Assembly (NCBI RefSeq): GCF_001194135.2
Contig: NC_068982.1
Location: forward strand, 52,526,325 to 52,590,324
Length of the DNA stretch: 64,000 nt
Direction: 5' to 3'
Origin: Octopus bimaculoides
Lineage: Eukaryota
In this document: positions 51,881 to 64,000 of the stretch, piece after piece
Numbering within the stretch: the first letter of the stretch is position 1
How the letters are laid out: each line of letters opens with the position of its first letter
Program-made: the position numbers and the translations under genes
The notes under the pieces: generated by a model
Seen by the model: only the letters and a program-made list of their open reading frames with translations
Database searches by the model: none
What the model was told of the DNA's origin: nothing

Positions 51881-52560
51881 ATATATATATATATATATTA
51901 CAAATTAAAAGGGTAAAGGATTATCAATTTATTAATTAATAAATCAATTAATAATTAATAATTTTTACCAAGCCCATCGGTATGAAAGCACCATTATTGG
52001 TGGAGAACTTATTCAAAAGTTCATATATTTATAAATATAATTAAGGGATCAGCAAAATATTTGCTTCACCATATACCGAAGTTCAGAAATAGCAGCTAAA
52101 TATATGATAGTGAAAATAGGTTGAGGAAGATTGGTATAAGATAAAGTTGCATCCAGCCAGTGTCTATGCTTGGGGATCACAGACGAGTTCGTCAAGGAGG
52201 AGTGAAACAACTTATTGACGATCTTATCATCTCTTAATTCAGATTTAAATATGGACAGTCATCTCTGATAACACTAATATGCATCAGATATACTGTAATA
52301 TACGTCTAAGATCTTAAAATAGGGCATTGATCCCACGTCGTTATATGAGTGTAATATTTATAACATATCTTGCATTTAATGAAGAGCCATATTGAAGTAA
52401 TCAGGGCAAGCTGAAGGTGTTCCTTCGTTATCAGTGAGCAGCCCAAGGTGAATGTTAACAGTTACACAACCTTTTAAGCATGAAGCTCTTCAAATATCTT
52501 TACTCTGGCAACATTTTAAGAACAGGTTTGATGTGCTGCTAAAATTTTAATCACCAGTTT

Positions 52561-52613
<53 letters not shown>

Positions 52614-53386
52614 NNNNNNNNNNNNNNNNNNNNNNNNNNNNNNNNNNNNNNNNNNNNNNNNNNNNNNNNNNNNNNNNNNNNNNNNNNNNNNNNNNNNNNN
52701 NNNNNNNNNNNNNNNNNNNNNNNNNNNNNNNNNNNNNNNNNNNNNNNNNNNNNNNNNNNNNNNNNNNNNNNNNNNNNNNNNNNNNNNNNNNNNNNNNNNN
52801 NNNNNNNNNNNNNNNNNNNNNNNNNNNNNNNNNNNNNNNNNNNNNNNNNNNNNNNNNNNNNNNNNNNNNNNNNNNNNNNNNNNNNNNNNNNNNNNNNNNN
52901 NNNNNNNNNNNNNNNNNNNNNNNNNNNNNNNNNNNNNNNNNNNNNNNNNNNNNNNNNNNNNNNNNNNNNNNNNNNNNNNNNNNNNNNNNNNNNNNNNNNN
53001 NNNNNNNNNNNNNNNNNNNNNNNNNNNNNNNNNNNNNNNNNNNNNNNNNNNNNNNNNNNNNNNNNNNNNNNNNNNNNNNNNNNNNNNNNNNNNNNNNNNN
53101 NNNNNNNNNNNNNNNNNNNNNNNNNNNNNNNNNNNNNNNNNNNNNNNNNNNNNNNNNNNNNNNNNNNNNNNNNNNNNNNNNNNNNNNNNNNNNNNNNNNN
53201 NNNNNNNNNNNNNNNNNNNNNNNNNNNNNNNNNNNNNNNNNNNNNNNNNNNNNNNNNNNNNNNNNNNNNNNNNNNNNNNNNNNNNNNNNNNNNNNNNNNN
53301 NNNNNNNNNNNNNNNNNNNNNNNNNNNNNNNNNNNNNNNNNNNNNNNNNNNNNNNNNNNNNNNNNNNNNNNNNNNNNNNNNNNNNN

Positions 53387-53387
<1 letters not shown>
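52614..53387. other. Largest assembly gap (one of 12 N-runs)
   Basis: N-run between (TA)n and poly(A). Confidence 0.95.
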
Positions 53388-53423
<36 letters not shown>

Positions 53424-53746
53424 AGAAAGAATTAAGAAACGCTTTTTTATATGCCTTGGTATTTATTACGATAATATATTAATATGGATTTTTTGATTTC
53501 TTGAAAATAATTACTATAAAATTCAGAGGAACGGGGAAAGTTTATTTGCTGTGTTGAGGGTAGAATATAACGTTTCTTTGTGCGAATATAAGGAAACTCG
53601 GGAAAATATAAAGTTGAAGCGTTGTTTAGGTAAGAAACGGGTAGAATCAGCAAAGGGTAGTGTAAAAGAGAGAGACGTCAAGATACAGAATAATAAAGCT
53701 CAGAATGATTGACAAGAAAACAGGCAGGTAAAATACCTCAAATATT

Positions 53747-53950
53747 CTTTTATACTGTAGGCACAAGGCTCGAAATTTTTGGGAGGGGGCCAGTCGATTA
53801 GATCAAGTCCAGTACGCAACTGGTACTTAATTTATCGACCTCGAAAGGCAAAGTCGACTTCGGCGGAATTTGAACTCAGAAGGTAAAGACAGACGAAATA
53901 CTGGTAAGCATTTCGCCCAGCGTGCTAACGTTTCTGCCAGCTCGCCGCCT
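53747..53950 (-). mobile_element. SINE A copy with perfect 18-bp TSD
   Basis: taaaatacctcaaatatt at 53729-53746 and 53951-53968. Confidence 0.92.
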
Positions 53951-55399
53951 TAAAATACCTCAAATATTGAAACATAGATGTAGAGATACGATGATAAGTA
54001 ACGAGGTGAAAGAAATAATGCCTCAAAGAACAAAGCAGATATACAACTACGATGTCAAATTCAGCCACAATATTCAGCTATTAGATAAATTTATGTGATA
54101 CTGGTGATTTGTTTATTTGCTGTGAATTAAAAAGCACCGCTGAAATCTGTACTATATCTTTTTGCTGCTGGTGGGATGGATTGTTTAACACTTAAAATTC
54201 ATATTTAGAAACAGAAGACCATTTAAGTTAGTTACACGCACACACACATTTGTGTGTATGATTTTATGGTTACCATACAATTTATATTTGTTTTACTTGC
54301 CCATATTTGCCCTCCTTGCCTTCATCTCTTCATCAGATGGGTTTCTGCTTCTTTTGCGCTTATGGCTGCTGTAATCTAGAGCTGTGCATAACCTGTCTCT
54401 TCCCGAGCCACATGCAGATGTGGAACCGTTGCGACAATAACAAGTTTAGAATCCTCTCGATTTTGATTGTTAGGTCATCTGGGACCAGTCCAGCGCAACG
54501 TACTAGGGAAACTTAGTGATCATCTAAGTAATAAAGAGACCAGGTGACGTGACAGGAGAGATGACATGATTTGTCGCAAAACATGTGATTTTGTTCAAGA
54601 ACATATAATTTTGAGCAATGATATGTACGATCATAAAACTATGGATTTCTTGTTTGCAATTCAACTGTAATTTGTCGACTGCATTTTGCATATAGTGTTA
54701 TAGAGGTGATGACTGGAGTGTGTTGTAGAAAAAAAATGGAGGAGTCTCTGATTATAGATAGCGAGAAGGGGATGCAAACAGCAGGGCTGGCTTACAACAT
54801 TGACTAGAAATAACAACCTAATCAGTTTTAATTCATGCACAACTGTCTTAAAAGATACATTGGACAATGTCGTGCCTTATATGTAAAAAATGGATGACCA
54901 AGCCTAGCACATATCTGTTGTATCTCTTGTCAGTCAAAGCTGTCTTGGGGCTAAACAGCTACAACAACATCAGCATTGCAAGTTGGAATAGTGCTACTTT
55001 TCATTAATGTAGTTATTATAGAAGAAATATCATTGCTATTATCATTGTCTTCGACATCTGCTCGTCACATGATCGAATTTGCAACTGTGGTTACAGCTAA
55101 AGAGTTACTACCGTTTCTTCCGAGACGCACACACACACATATGCACACACATGCACACAAATACATCCATGCACACATCTACACACGTAAATTGCATGCA
55201 CATGCACGCATACAGTTTCACATACGTATACACATACATAGACGTATAGATTTCTGGTAGACTAGCTCTAATAACAGACGAAATGATGAATTTGTTGTAT
55301 TTGTAGCAGTTGCATTTACTGTAAGCTAAATAAAATAATCTGAGGTAGACATTTTCCTACTTTGTGCATTATTAAATGGTTTTGAAATTTTTTTCTTCC

Positions 55400-56560
55400 T
55401 TTCTGGAAAATGTAAAAGTTACCATGGCAATATCTGCAACAGCTTGCACATGATACATTTGACAGTTGCTTACGTTGTTTCGCTGCATTTGCTGCAGTTA
55501 TATAATTAATATGTACTACACAAATCAGAGATGCTGAATGTTTTGAAGTCACTTCTGTTAAAATAGTGGTAATAAGCCGTATTATTTGATTCACAAGTTA
55601 GATCGTGCAAAAAGAAGCAATACAATAGCTGTAAAAGTCTGCAATTCTCATGATTCGGGAATAATAAATCTGCGATCTTATCCACTCAGTTACTGGAATG
55701 CTTTCTAGGGTGTGATACTCTTAGATGAGTGAAAAGGAAAAAAAGAAAAGCAATCACAATATTCATAATTATTTTAATGGGAGAGAATTTACAGGGTTAT
55801 TTCAGAATTTGAAACTGTTCTGGTGATTCTTCTTCTTGGTAGTCTTTCGAGTCCGAGAAAGACGATTCTGCAATTCCTTGCTGAGCAACATGTACACATG
55901 ATTTGTTTACAATGATCAAATGTTTGTGCTGTACATGAGTCACTCCTTCTATCAAATCGACATTGCTTGTACAGATGATGTACAATGTGCCACACTTCAG
56001 ATGATGAAGTGATTGCATAGCAAGGTGAAATGAAGATTTTTGTTCAAAATACACAACGCACTGTCCGGTCTATGAATTGAAACTACAATCTCGCGATCGT
56101 GAGTGCAACACCCTAACCACTAGGCCAAGCACCAGTATTCGGTGATTCTACTGATTTATATATTAGGTGGTCTGTCATTAGGGATTTTTTCATTAGTCGA
56201 TGATGACTCACCATATGAAATATCACGAGACGTAGAATCAGAATTGAACCGATCCTCTCCTCTGGTTTCTACTCTCACTTGCTGTTGTTCAACTGTAGGT
56301 ACCTTCTCCAATTTTTTAATATTACATTTAGAGGTCAAGTGTTTGTCCTTTTCTTCAAAGAAGCTTTTTGATATATCAAATGACTTCAGTCGTCATCTTC
56401 TTCCTTAAGTCTGTCCAGCGTAGTCACTAGACGTCATATAAATAAGCTGCGGCTAGCAAATCGATCATATTGTTTTTCCCATCCGACTTCGTCTTACAAG
56501 ACTACAGCTGCAGTTTTCTCTTGGTTTCTTTGAAGTTAGCAATGCATGTTTGAAGAATGG
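55400..56560 (-). pseudogene. Possible pogo/Tigger-like transposase relic
   Basis: Broken frames ending in CSKC..ATVKCIMC; SDSCTAQT and YCDCFSFF loosely resemble DDE_1 motifs. Interrupted by a SINE head at about 56050-56125. Confidence 0.3.
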
Positions 56561-56812
56561 CAGCATGAAATCATTTCTCGTGAATTTGGTTGCATTGCTC
56601 TAATAGAGGAGCAGCGTCCTCACAGTCAAACAAATTTTGATGTTTCCTTGTTGATTTACTAAACACAGCTCTAGCTGTCTCATGCAATATGGTGCCTAGA
56701 TTTTGTTGTCTGCACTCCGTTCATATCTCTTTCCAGAATAAACTCTACATTACTATCTACTAACTTTCTTGTTACCACTTTAATGGACTAGAATGGTGTG
56801 TAACCTCCATGC

Positions 56813-56885
<73 letters not shown>

Positions 56886-57697
56886 CGTTTACATAAATAC
56901 ATTTGTACATACATCTATATACATACATACATACATACATATACATTCACGTATGTATGTGTACGTCCATATATATATATATATGTATATATATGTATAT
57001 ATATACGTAAATGTCGAACGATGGAAGTGAGTGCTCAAAACTGCATTGGTGAATGTAATTTCGTTATTTGTGAATTAAGGCTACCATTGGTTTCCTGTTA
57101 CGAAAAGTAGGAAATATCTTCGAGTCTTAACAACTTTTCAAGCCGATCACGTGGAGAAAAGTGTATATATTATACATAAAAAACATGCATACATATGTAT
57201 ATATGTATACGCACACACACACATACACGAACGAAATATTGTTGCCTTGCCAGCAATTAAATATACGTACCCATTTGCTAGGGATGAGTTTAATATGCAA
57301 ATAAGTCTATCCAATTATGTTACGCCGCTAAACCATGTGGATATTTAAGCCAGGTGTTCGTGGGAAGCTGATGGATTGGATGAGGGGCTGATGAACCGAC
57401 GATAATCCTTGAACTACTATTATTGTTTTTTTCTTGTCTTCGATCGCATTGTTTACATAGATGTATTTGTTTACGAAACGTCATGACTTACAGTGCTGAT
57501 TCTGAATTTTATAGCAAATCTATACAGAAAACTTTAAAATTTCTTTCTTTCGACATTCGACATTCTTGTTCTCTTATGCGTTCATTCAGGCGATGAAAAG
57601 ATTCATTCACTCCCACGCATGTACACATATACACATATACATAGTTGCATGTGAGTGTTTTTATAGCACAAGTCCACAAATATACAGAAGAGAGATA

Positions 57698-57915
57698 AGC
57701 CGATGAGCTGGCAGAACCGTTAGCATGTCGAGCAAAATTCTTTGCGGCATTTCGTCTGTCTTCACATTCTGAGTTCAAATTTCGTCGTGATCGACTTTGC
57801 TTTTCATCGTTTTGGGGTCGATAAAATAAGTACCAGTTGTGCATTACTGAGGTCGATGTAGTCGACTTACCCCATCCTTCGAAATTGCTGGCCTTGTGCC
57901 AAAATCTGAAATCAA
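57698..57915 (+). mobile_element. SINE A copy, plus strand
   Basis: gatgagctggcagaaccgttagc...gagttcaaattt...ggccttgtgcc. Confidence 0.85.
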
Positions 57916-59351
57916 TATATAGAGGGGGAAACTAAGAATATGAGATGCTCAGACTTCTCTTTGTGGTATCTATGACGTAAGTGGTATGTATGCATCTACC
58001 TCACAGACCAGCTTATAGATTATGCTTGCTGGAAGATTATCGCTACGCATTTAATCATTCCTCGGTAAGATATGAATTAAGAAAATCTTTTGGAGAAGAA
58101 AAGTGAAGAGAATTTCAGCCAATGATGTTGCAGTTTTAATGATGGAAATGATCGAAAACATTGCAATTTAGAGGAGAATGCTATAATTAAATTCGTACCT
58201 CTAGGATCTGAATCGGAATTAACATTGCTTTTCATCCATCTGTCTCGATAAAATAATTACCATAAATGCATTTAGATAAGATTACTGAAGATCAACCTCT
58301 TATTAAAATTGCCTTATTCCTTGTCAAAAGAAAGCAATATAAAAAAAAAAAACGAGGCTTCTAGATATCTGTGCGTGTGTGTTTGCGTATAATTCATTTA
58401 TAGTTTATTTTTAAAAAACCCTCCTCACTAACAACGAACACCAAGTCTTGTTAGAGGACTAATTAAAATGTTGAAAGCAGAAACTGCAGAAACAATAAAA
58501 TACTGAACAGTAAAAGCCTTACAGCTTTTTGTTCTGAGCCTTTATTTCTGACTCCGAATTCCGACTTTCATTCATCTGAAGATAAAGTAAATACCAGTTA
58601 TGTAGTAAGGTCGATTTGATTGAATACAACAGTCTCTCTCACAAAATTTCGAGTCCAGTTGTTAATCCCAGATATTAATAGTCTTAAAATTGGCATTATA
58701 TTCTTTTTTAATGTCATGAAAAAAAAAAAAAAAAAATTAACACATTCTTCGTATACACAATGTGTATACTTTATGTGTAAGAAGCAGCATCCAAATCTTT
58801 GAATCGTATCCTATAACATTAAACAAAAGAAGGAATAATTAAATAATGAAATCCTAGATGTATGAAAATACAAGAATGCCATAGCTGAAATTCAGATGTC
58901 CTCTCTTTGAGAATTCACCCGTGGTTTAGCAATGATAACAACAATCTATCCTAAATAAAGATACTCTGTTAGTCATGAAAGAGCTTCCTTTTTTTTATTT
59001 CGATTCTCTGTAGTTAATTATGAATTACAGTTCTCTATAACATCCAAGTGTCCTGTGTGGTGGCTCTCGAAACTTCAAGCTATGGAAACTGTCAACACAA
59101 AATCAATAAAGCCAATTTTCCTGGAGAAAGGAATAAAATGAAATTTTGTACTGGAATACTTAACTCTGAAACCCGTATTAATATTGAGTTTCTCATACAA
59201 CCCCCAACAAGGAAGAAAAAATATATAGCCAATTAAGTTCGATCTCCCTTCTTTATTGGTACCTAATTTATCAACCATCGAAAGATGAATGACAAAGTTA
59301 CGGTTCATATGGTGAGATCTGAAATCAGAACATAAAGGGGAGCAAGTAAAG

Positions 59352-59511
59352 CAAGCATGGGCAACTTTTTTTCGAGATGCAAGAGATATGACTCATCATG
59401 GGGCAGGTCGCACTACGGAAAAACTTCATAGTATTTTAATAAATGTTATTTTCCTCGTGAGATTAGGCACATTATCGGAAAGTCCCGTGGGCCGCAGTTT
59501 GCCCATGACTA
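59352..59511. mobile_element. hAT-type MITE nested in a SINE A copy
   Basis: TIRs caagcatgggcaact / agtttgcccatgact; 8-bp TSD aagtaaag / aactaaag. Confidence 0.75.
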
Positions 59512-60939
59512 AACTAAAGACTCCAAAACATTTTGCACGTGGTTCTGCCAAATCTATCCATTGACCACATTAAAACCAGACGAATATTATTAATTCATAA
59601 CACGTTCTGAGGATAATTCATACTGGGAGCAACGTTGCCTTTCATCCTTCTGGGATCGACAAAAAAAAAATACCTTTAAATTACTGGAGTTGATATTATC
59701 ATATATTCCTGTTCCCCAAATTTGAGGCCTTCTGTCTATGTAAGAAATCAATATTTATTTCTAATATAGGCACACGATTTCAAATTTTAAGGTAGCTTAA
59801 ATTAATTGTATCGACCTAAGACTTGAGTGGTATTTTATTTTAACAAACTCGGAAGAATGAACAGTAAATTTGAACCTAGTAAGATTTGAGCCCAGAAACC
59901 ACCATTGAAGGCAACCCTTAATTGGAACCGTGGTTTAGATCTAATTGCAAAGCCAAGCGAGACTACTGGTGAACTGCGATCAGAGGGTGAACAATCTGAG
60001 ATTGCTGTGCTTAATTATTCGCTGTTAGTTAAGTGAACCAAAGCAATGTAGAAAAAAGTGTTATATTAAGAAACAATGAAATATCAGAGGCATATGTGCA
60101 GCTAACTCAGTTCTGTGTGCTCTTCCTCAGCTCGCTTGTTTATAATATTTAACACGATGACAAATATAAGAGAGAAATCTACAGGCTAATCAGGTTTTGT
60201 TTTATATAACACTAACATTCATCAATAACACCAACGTATATCGGGCTAAGTTCTCTTACCGCTTTACTGTGTGTATGAGTTCTGTGTATGTGTATTGTTG
60301 TACGAATGCGAATGGAATTCTGTTGGGTATAGGCTTGGCCAAACGGTTAAAGAGTTCACTTTGCAATTATAATTTTATAGGTTTGTTGCCATAAGTAGTA
60401 CGTTCGTTAAGTATCTTCTATCAAAGCTTTAGGTCAATTCAAATATTTTGGGAGAAATTGCATAGACGTAAACAACGAACGGCCGTCGAATGGATTGTAC
60501 ATGAAATTCAATGTGCCAGCTGCATTACATACTGAGTGGAACTGATTAAGCCGATTATATTAAGAGTACAAATGTTTGTAAAACACTAACTGCTTACATT
60601 ATAATCAAATGAATAGATAACTCCATGTCGCTCTGTCTGATACAAATAGCAGTTACTTGTCCCTCATACCGCACCGTACCGTCTTTATGAGAGATCCATA
60701 ATATACACTTGATTATCTTAAAGAAAAATGGAATAATCACAGGTTGAATGTCTCTGATCATAGGTAGGCTTTAATCTCTCAGACTTCTAGGAACGCTTAA
60801 ATAGATCAATTTACATTTTGATAATTCCTTTAACAGTCCTTTTCCTGCGTCCTTCAACAAATTCGCCATCCGTAAAGGCCTCCCCCACCCGCCGTTTCAC
60901 ATTTATATTTGGTGACTTCAGAGCTGGCACATACATAGG

Positions 60940-61335
60940 CGCAGGCGTGGATGTGTGGTAAGAAGCTTGCTTCCCAGCCACATGGTTCTACTTTCCGTCC
61001 CACTCTGACACCTTGGGTAAGCATCATCTACTATAGTCTCGGGCTGACCAAAGCCTTGTGAGTAAATTTGGAAACTGAAATAAGCCCGTCGTATATGTGT
61101 ATATGTATAATCTATGTGTATGTTTGTCTTTTTGTGTTATTGCTTGTCCCCACCACCGCTTGACAACCGGTGTTGGTGTATTTACATCTCCATAACTTAG
61201 CTATTCGGCAAAAGTGACTGATAGAATAAGTACTAAGCTTAAAAAGAAGTCCTGGGGTCGATTGGTTCGACTAAAACCCTTCAAGGCGGTGCCCCAGATT
61301 GGCCGCAGTCAAATAACTGAAACACGTAAAAGATA
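60940..61335 (+). mobile_element. SINE family D, full length
   Basis: tggatgtgtggtaagaagcttgc head, caccttgggtaagc CORE-like segment, tail aaggcggtgcccc...actgaaac. Confidence 0.88.
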
Positions 61336-61692
61336 CGATTCTGGTTCTTTTATTATGTTCTGAAGACAGCTTTGTTGAGAAAAGATGGCCTTTTTCAAAA
61401 TATATTTAGTTAGATCGTAAAAAAGGTCTTTATTCCGTGTCTGATGATGTCTATTGAGATTAAACTCTGAATTTCTGTATAGTTTTATGACAGATGGTAC
61501 TTGTGTCTTTTATAAAACAAATACCAGTTAGACTAAACTTCATTAGAAATAACTTAACTGTCATGATTTTGGGTAGAAAAGATGGGAATATTCATAGCTC
61601 TCGTCAATGGCACTAGCTTATAGTAAATTTTTTCAACGATACGTACTGTTCTTTAAAATAGTATATAAATCTATATAAATGAAATACAAATA

Positions 61693-62837
61693 CGAGGTAC
61701 ATTTCAGAAGTTTTGGGACTATCATAGGAACTGCAGTTATATCTGATTTAAATTATTGTAATTTTAGTATATCGTTACTATGCATCTAACAGTGGAGGCG
61801 CGTGGCTGAGTGGTTAGGGTGTCGGCATCATGATCATAAGATTGTGGTTTCGATTCCTGGACTGGGCGACGCGTTGTGTTCATGAGCAAAACACTTCATT
61901 TCACGTTGCTCCAGTCCATTCAGCTGGCAAAAATGAGTAACGCTGCGATGCACTGGCGTCCCGTCCAGCTGGGGAACACATACGCCATTGAAACCGGGAA
62001 ACCGGGCCCATGAGCCTGGCTAGGCTTTAAAAAGGGCGCATTAATTTTTTTATTATACATCTAATAAGCTGACCTGCAAATTTTTGTTATTCCAGATTGG
62101 AAGAGAGAGCTGTAATAGCACTTTGAACACACCCTGCTAAACGCTACTTGTCATAGCTGACCGTTTTGCAGAATGCAATCCGGACCTAAAAACAATTTAG
62201 AACCTTGCTATGCAATAGTTTTGTGTTAAACTGGGCCAAAAACAAATGCTTCAGGAACTTTTGAAATGCTTCAAACTGCTTATGAATTAACTTATAAGCC
62301 GAACATCTGTTTTAGCTGGAACAATAGGCCAGTAAAAGTAAGTCTACCGAGAAGCTCATGATGATCTCTTTCGACGGGAAGGGCATCATCTACATCAGTT
62401 GGGTTCTTTCTGGCTAGACAGTCAATAGATGGTACTTCGCAGATGTTTTGAGGGAGTTCAAGAAGAGATTTCGTCGCAGAAGCCTAGTGCATCTGCACCA
62501 GGACAATGCACCACTCTACAATTCCATCCTGGTAACCTACTATCTGGCAGAGATGGGCATGCAAACCCTCCTTTACTCCTCCCTACAGTCCAGACCATCT
62601 TCCCTGTGACTTTTGATTGTTCCCCAAGCTGAAGAAGGTGAAGGAGGCTGTGACAAGGGTTTTAGACACCTTCAATTTGGATGACCTCCATGCAATCTTC
62701 ATTAAGTGGCTGGAGCGCAACAACAAATACATTGAAGTCACAGGATCCTACTTTGAAGGATATTAGAGTTTTGTACTTCTTTGAAATTAACAAATGCCTC
62801 TCTTAAAAAGGTCTCAAAACTTCTGGAATGCCCCCTG
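61693..62837 (+). mobile_element. Internally deleted mariner (DD34D) with both TIRs
   Basis: TA-flanked TIRs cgaggtacatttcagaagtttt / aaaacttctggaatgccccctg; FCVKLG, FDGKGII, HQDNAP, PYSPD..PCDF*LFPKLK, YFEG. Confidence 0.88.
61794..62053 (+). mobile_element. SINE family C, full length, inserted in the mariner
   Basis: Head ggaggcgcgtggctgagtgg; imperfect TSD tatgcatctaaca / tatacatctaata. Confidence 0.9.
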
Positions 62838-63673
62838 TAATTAAATGAACTACAGAAACGATTTACAGTTAGACATTTGAATGCTCACTAATGATGATCT
62901 GACTGAAATCAGCGCTCAATTGTAAATTAATGCAATATACTTTTACCATCATGATTCTAAACGTACTTTTCTTCACCACACTCATCTGAATTTTCCATTG
63001 TTTGCAACCACGTGACTGTATGCAGGTTGCTGATTTGCTCACTGCACTTCAAGTCCTTTCTTCCTTTATCTACACAAACTAGCCACCCATCTCCCAATCT
63101 TCCTCTCTCACCACACAGTACAAGTGGGGCTGTGTGATAATGGTTCTATAATTACTCGTTTGTAACCACGCTGAAGGACCATCGCATAATCAAACAGACA
63201 TTAATCTACGAAGAAGCAAAATTGTAATGGAAAGTCTCTAACAAAAGTGATAATTAAAAAATTCTCTATTATGTAAATATTATAAATTAGTCATTTTAAA
63301 TACTGAGGTGTATGTACAAAAGTATGATAGAAAATTTTACACGAAGATTACATCCATTTATTTAAAGTGCTCTATGTGACCGAGAACCGCAGTTTAAGTA
63401 GCATGATTTTAAACTAATACAGAACAGGGCCAAATATCGGGCAAGCTTAGGATAGGAAGCAACCCAGATTTCTGAATTTTCCGGTTTTCTGGAGACAGCC
63501 TAAACAAATACTTAAAATATAAAATTGACGGTTACTTCCCTGCGTTCGAAACTTACTTTCATGTCTCTAAAATACCAAACACATTCGACGCTTCCAAAGT
63601 TTGTTTATGAAATGTCGCATTCGAAAAGTTATTATTTAGCATTGAAATCGAGGGTAATTGCTTACAGGGGCTG

Positions 63674-63760
63674 TTCCGTTTAGCTTGATGGTTGAGCACT
63701 TAGTCGGTATCTGAAGAGTACAGGTTCGACTCCTGTAGCCACCTGCTGACAACTTTTTTT
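63674..63760 (+). pseudogene. tRNA-like pseudogene or SINE head
   Basis: A-box TAGCTTGATGG, D stem GCTT/GAGC, T arm ACAGG-TTCGACT-CCTGT, T7 run at 63754; acceptor stem does not pair. Confidence 0.55.
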
Positions 63761-64000
63761 CATCTTATAAGGGTAGACACCCAATCTTTCTCTGTTGTTC
63801 TTACAGCTTTATTGCGTTTGAGATTTACTTTCTTGCTTGTTAAATAAACTAAACTATAAACAGTAAAGAACTAAATTACATTTAATAGATTCACATTAAT
63901 TCACTTAAAAAAATGTAAAAGGACTGTTTGAAATTTATTAATCCGCTTAAAAATTAAAAAAATATATCATGCACTATCGAGTATACAGCATAATATTTAT

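Noticed and set aside
57960-58075. Two GTAAG donor-like sites and a possible 58-nt exon
   Set aside because: Expected by chance at this scale; no supporting homology.
1-64000. Long ORF-track entries rich in X, YI, CV, HT, ER, poly-L/S/N/E/K/R
   Set aside because: They are translations of N gaps and microsatellites.
1-64000. CRISPR array or prokaryotic system
   Set aside because: No repeat-spacer periodicity and no gene-dense bacterial sequence; recurring motifs are SINE parts.

Overview
AT-rich, repeat-saturated eukaryotic DNA from a gappy draft assembly (12 N-runs, most bordered by microsatellites). The repeat families look like those I recall from Octopus, but that assignment is from memory. 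I found no host protein-coding gene I can support. Most ORF-track entries are translated microsatellites or N-runs, and the rest are transposon relics. Contents: about 40 copies of one tRNA-derived SINE (family A), several other modular tRNA SINEs, R4/Dong-like RLE LINE fragments in (TAA)n/(CAA)n tracts, Tx1/L1-like fragments, a deleted Gypsy element, a Penelope-like element (PLE), a Helitron with both termini, two mariner relics, a DD41D foldback element, a hAT MITE and a probable pogo-like relic. Most notable is a SINE-like element at 43383-43638 made of a tRNA-type head, an (AAT)n tract and a minimal type I hammerhead ribozyme (HHR) with intact core. It has an inverted second copy next to it and a third partial copy at 13.5 kb. 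Degenerate HHRs of the same architecture occur in PLE termini at 35.5 and 51.8 kb, suggesting a Penelope-mobilised ribozyme SINE (retrozyme-like) family. Counts, identities and many boundaries were estimated by eye.
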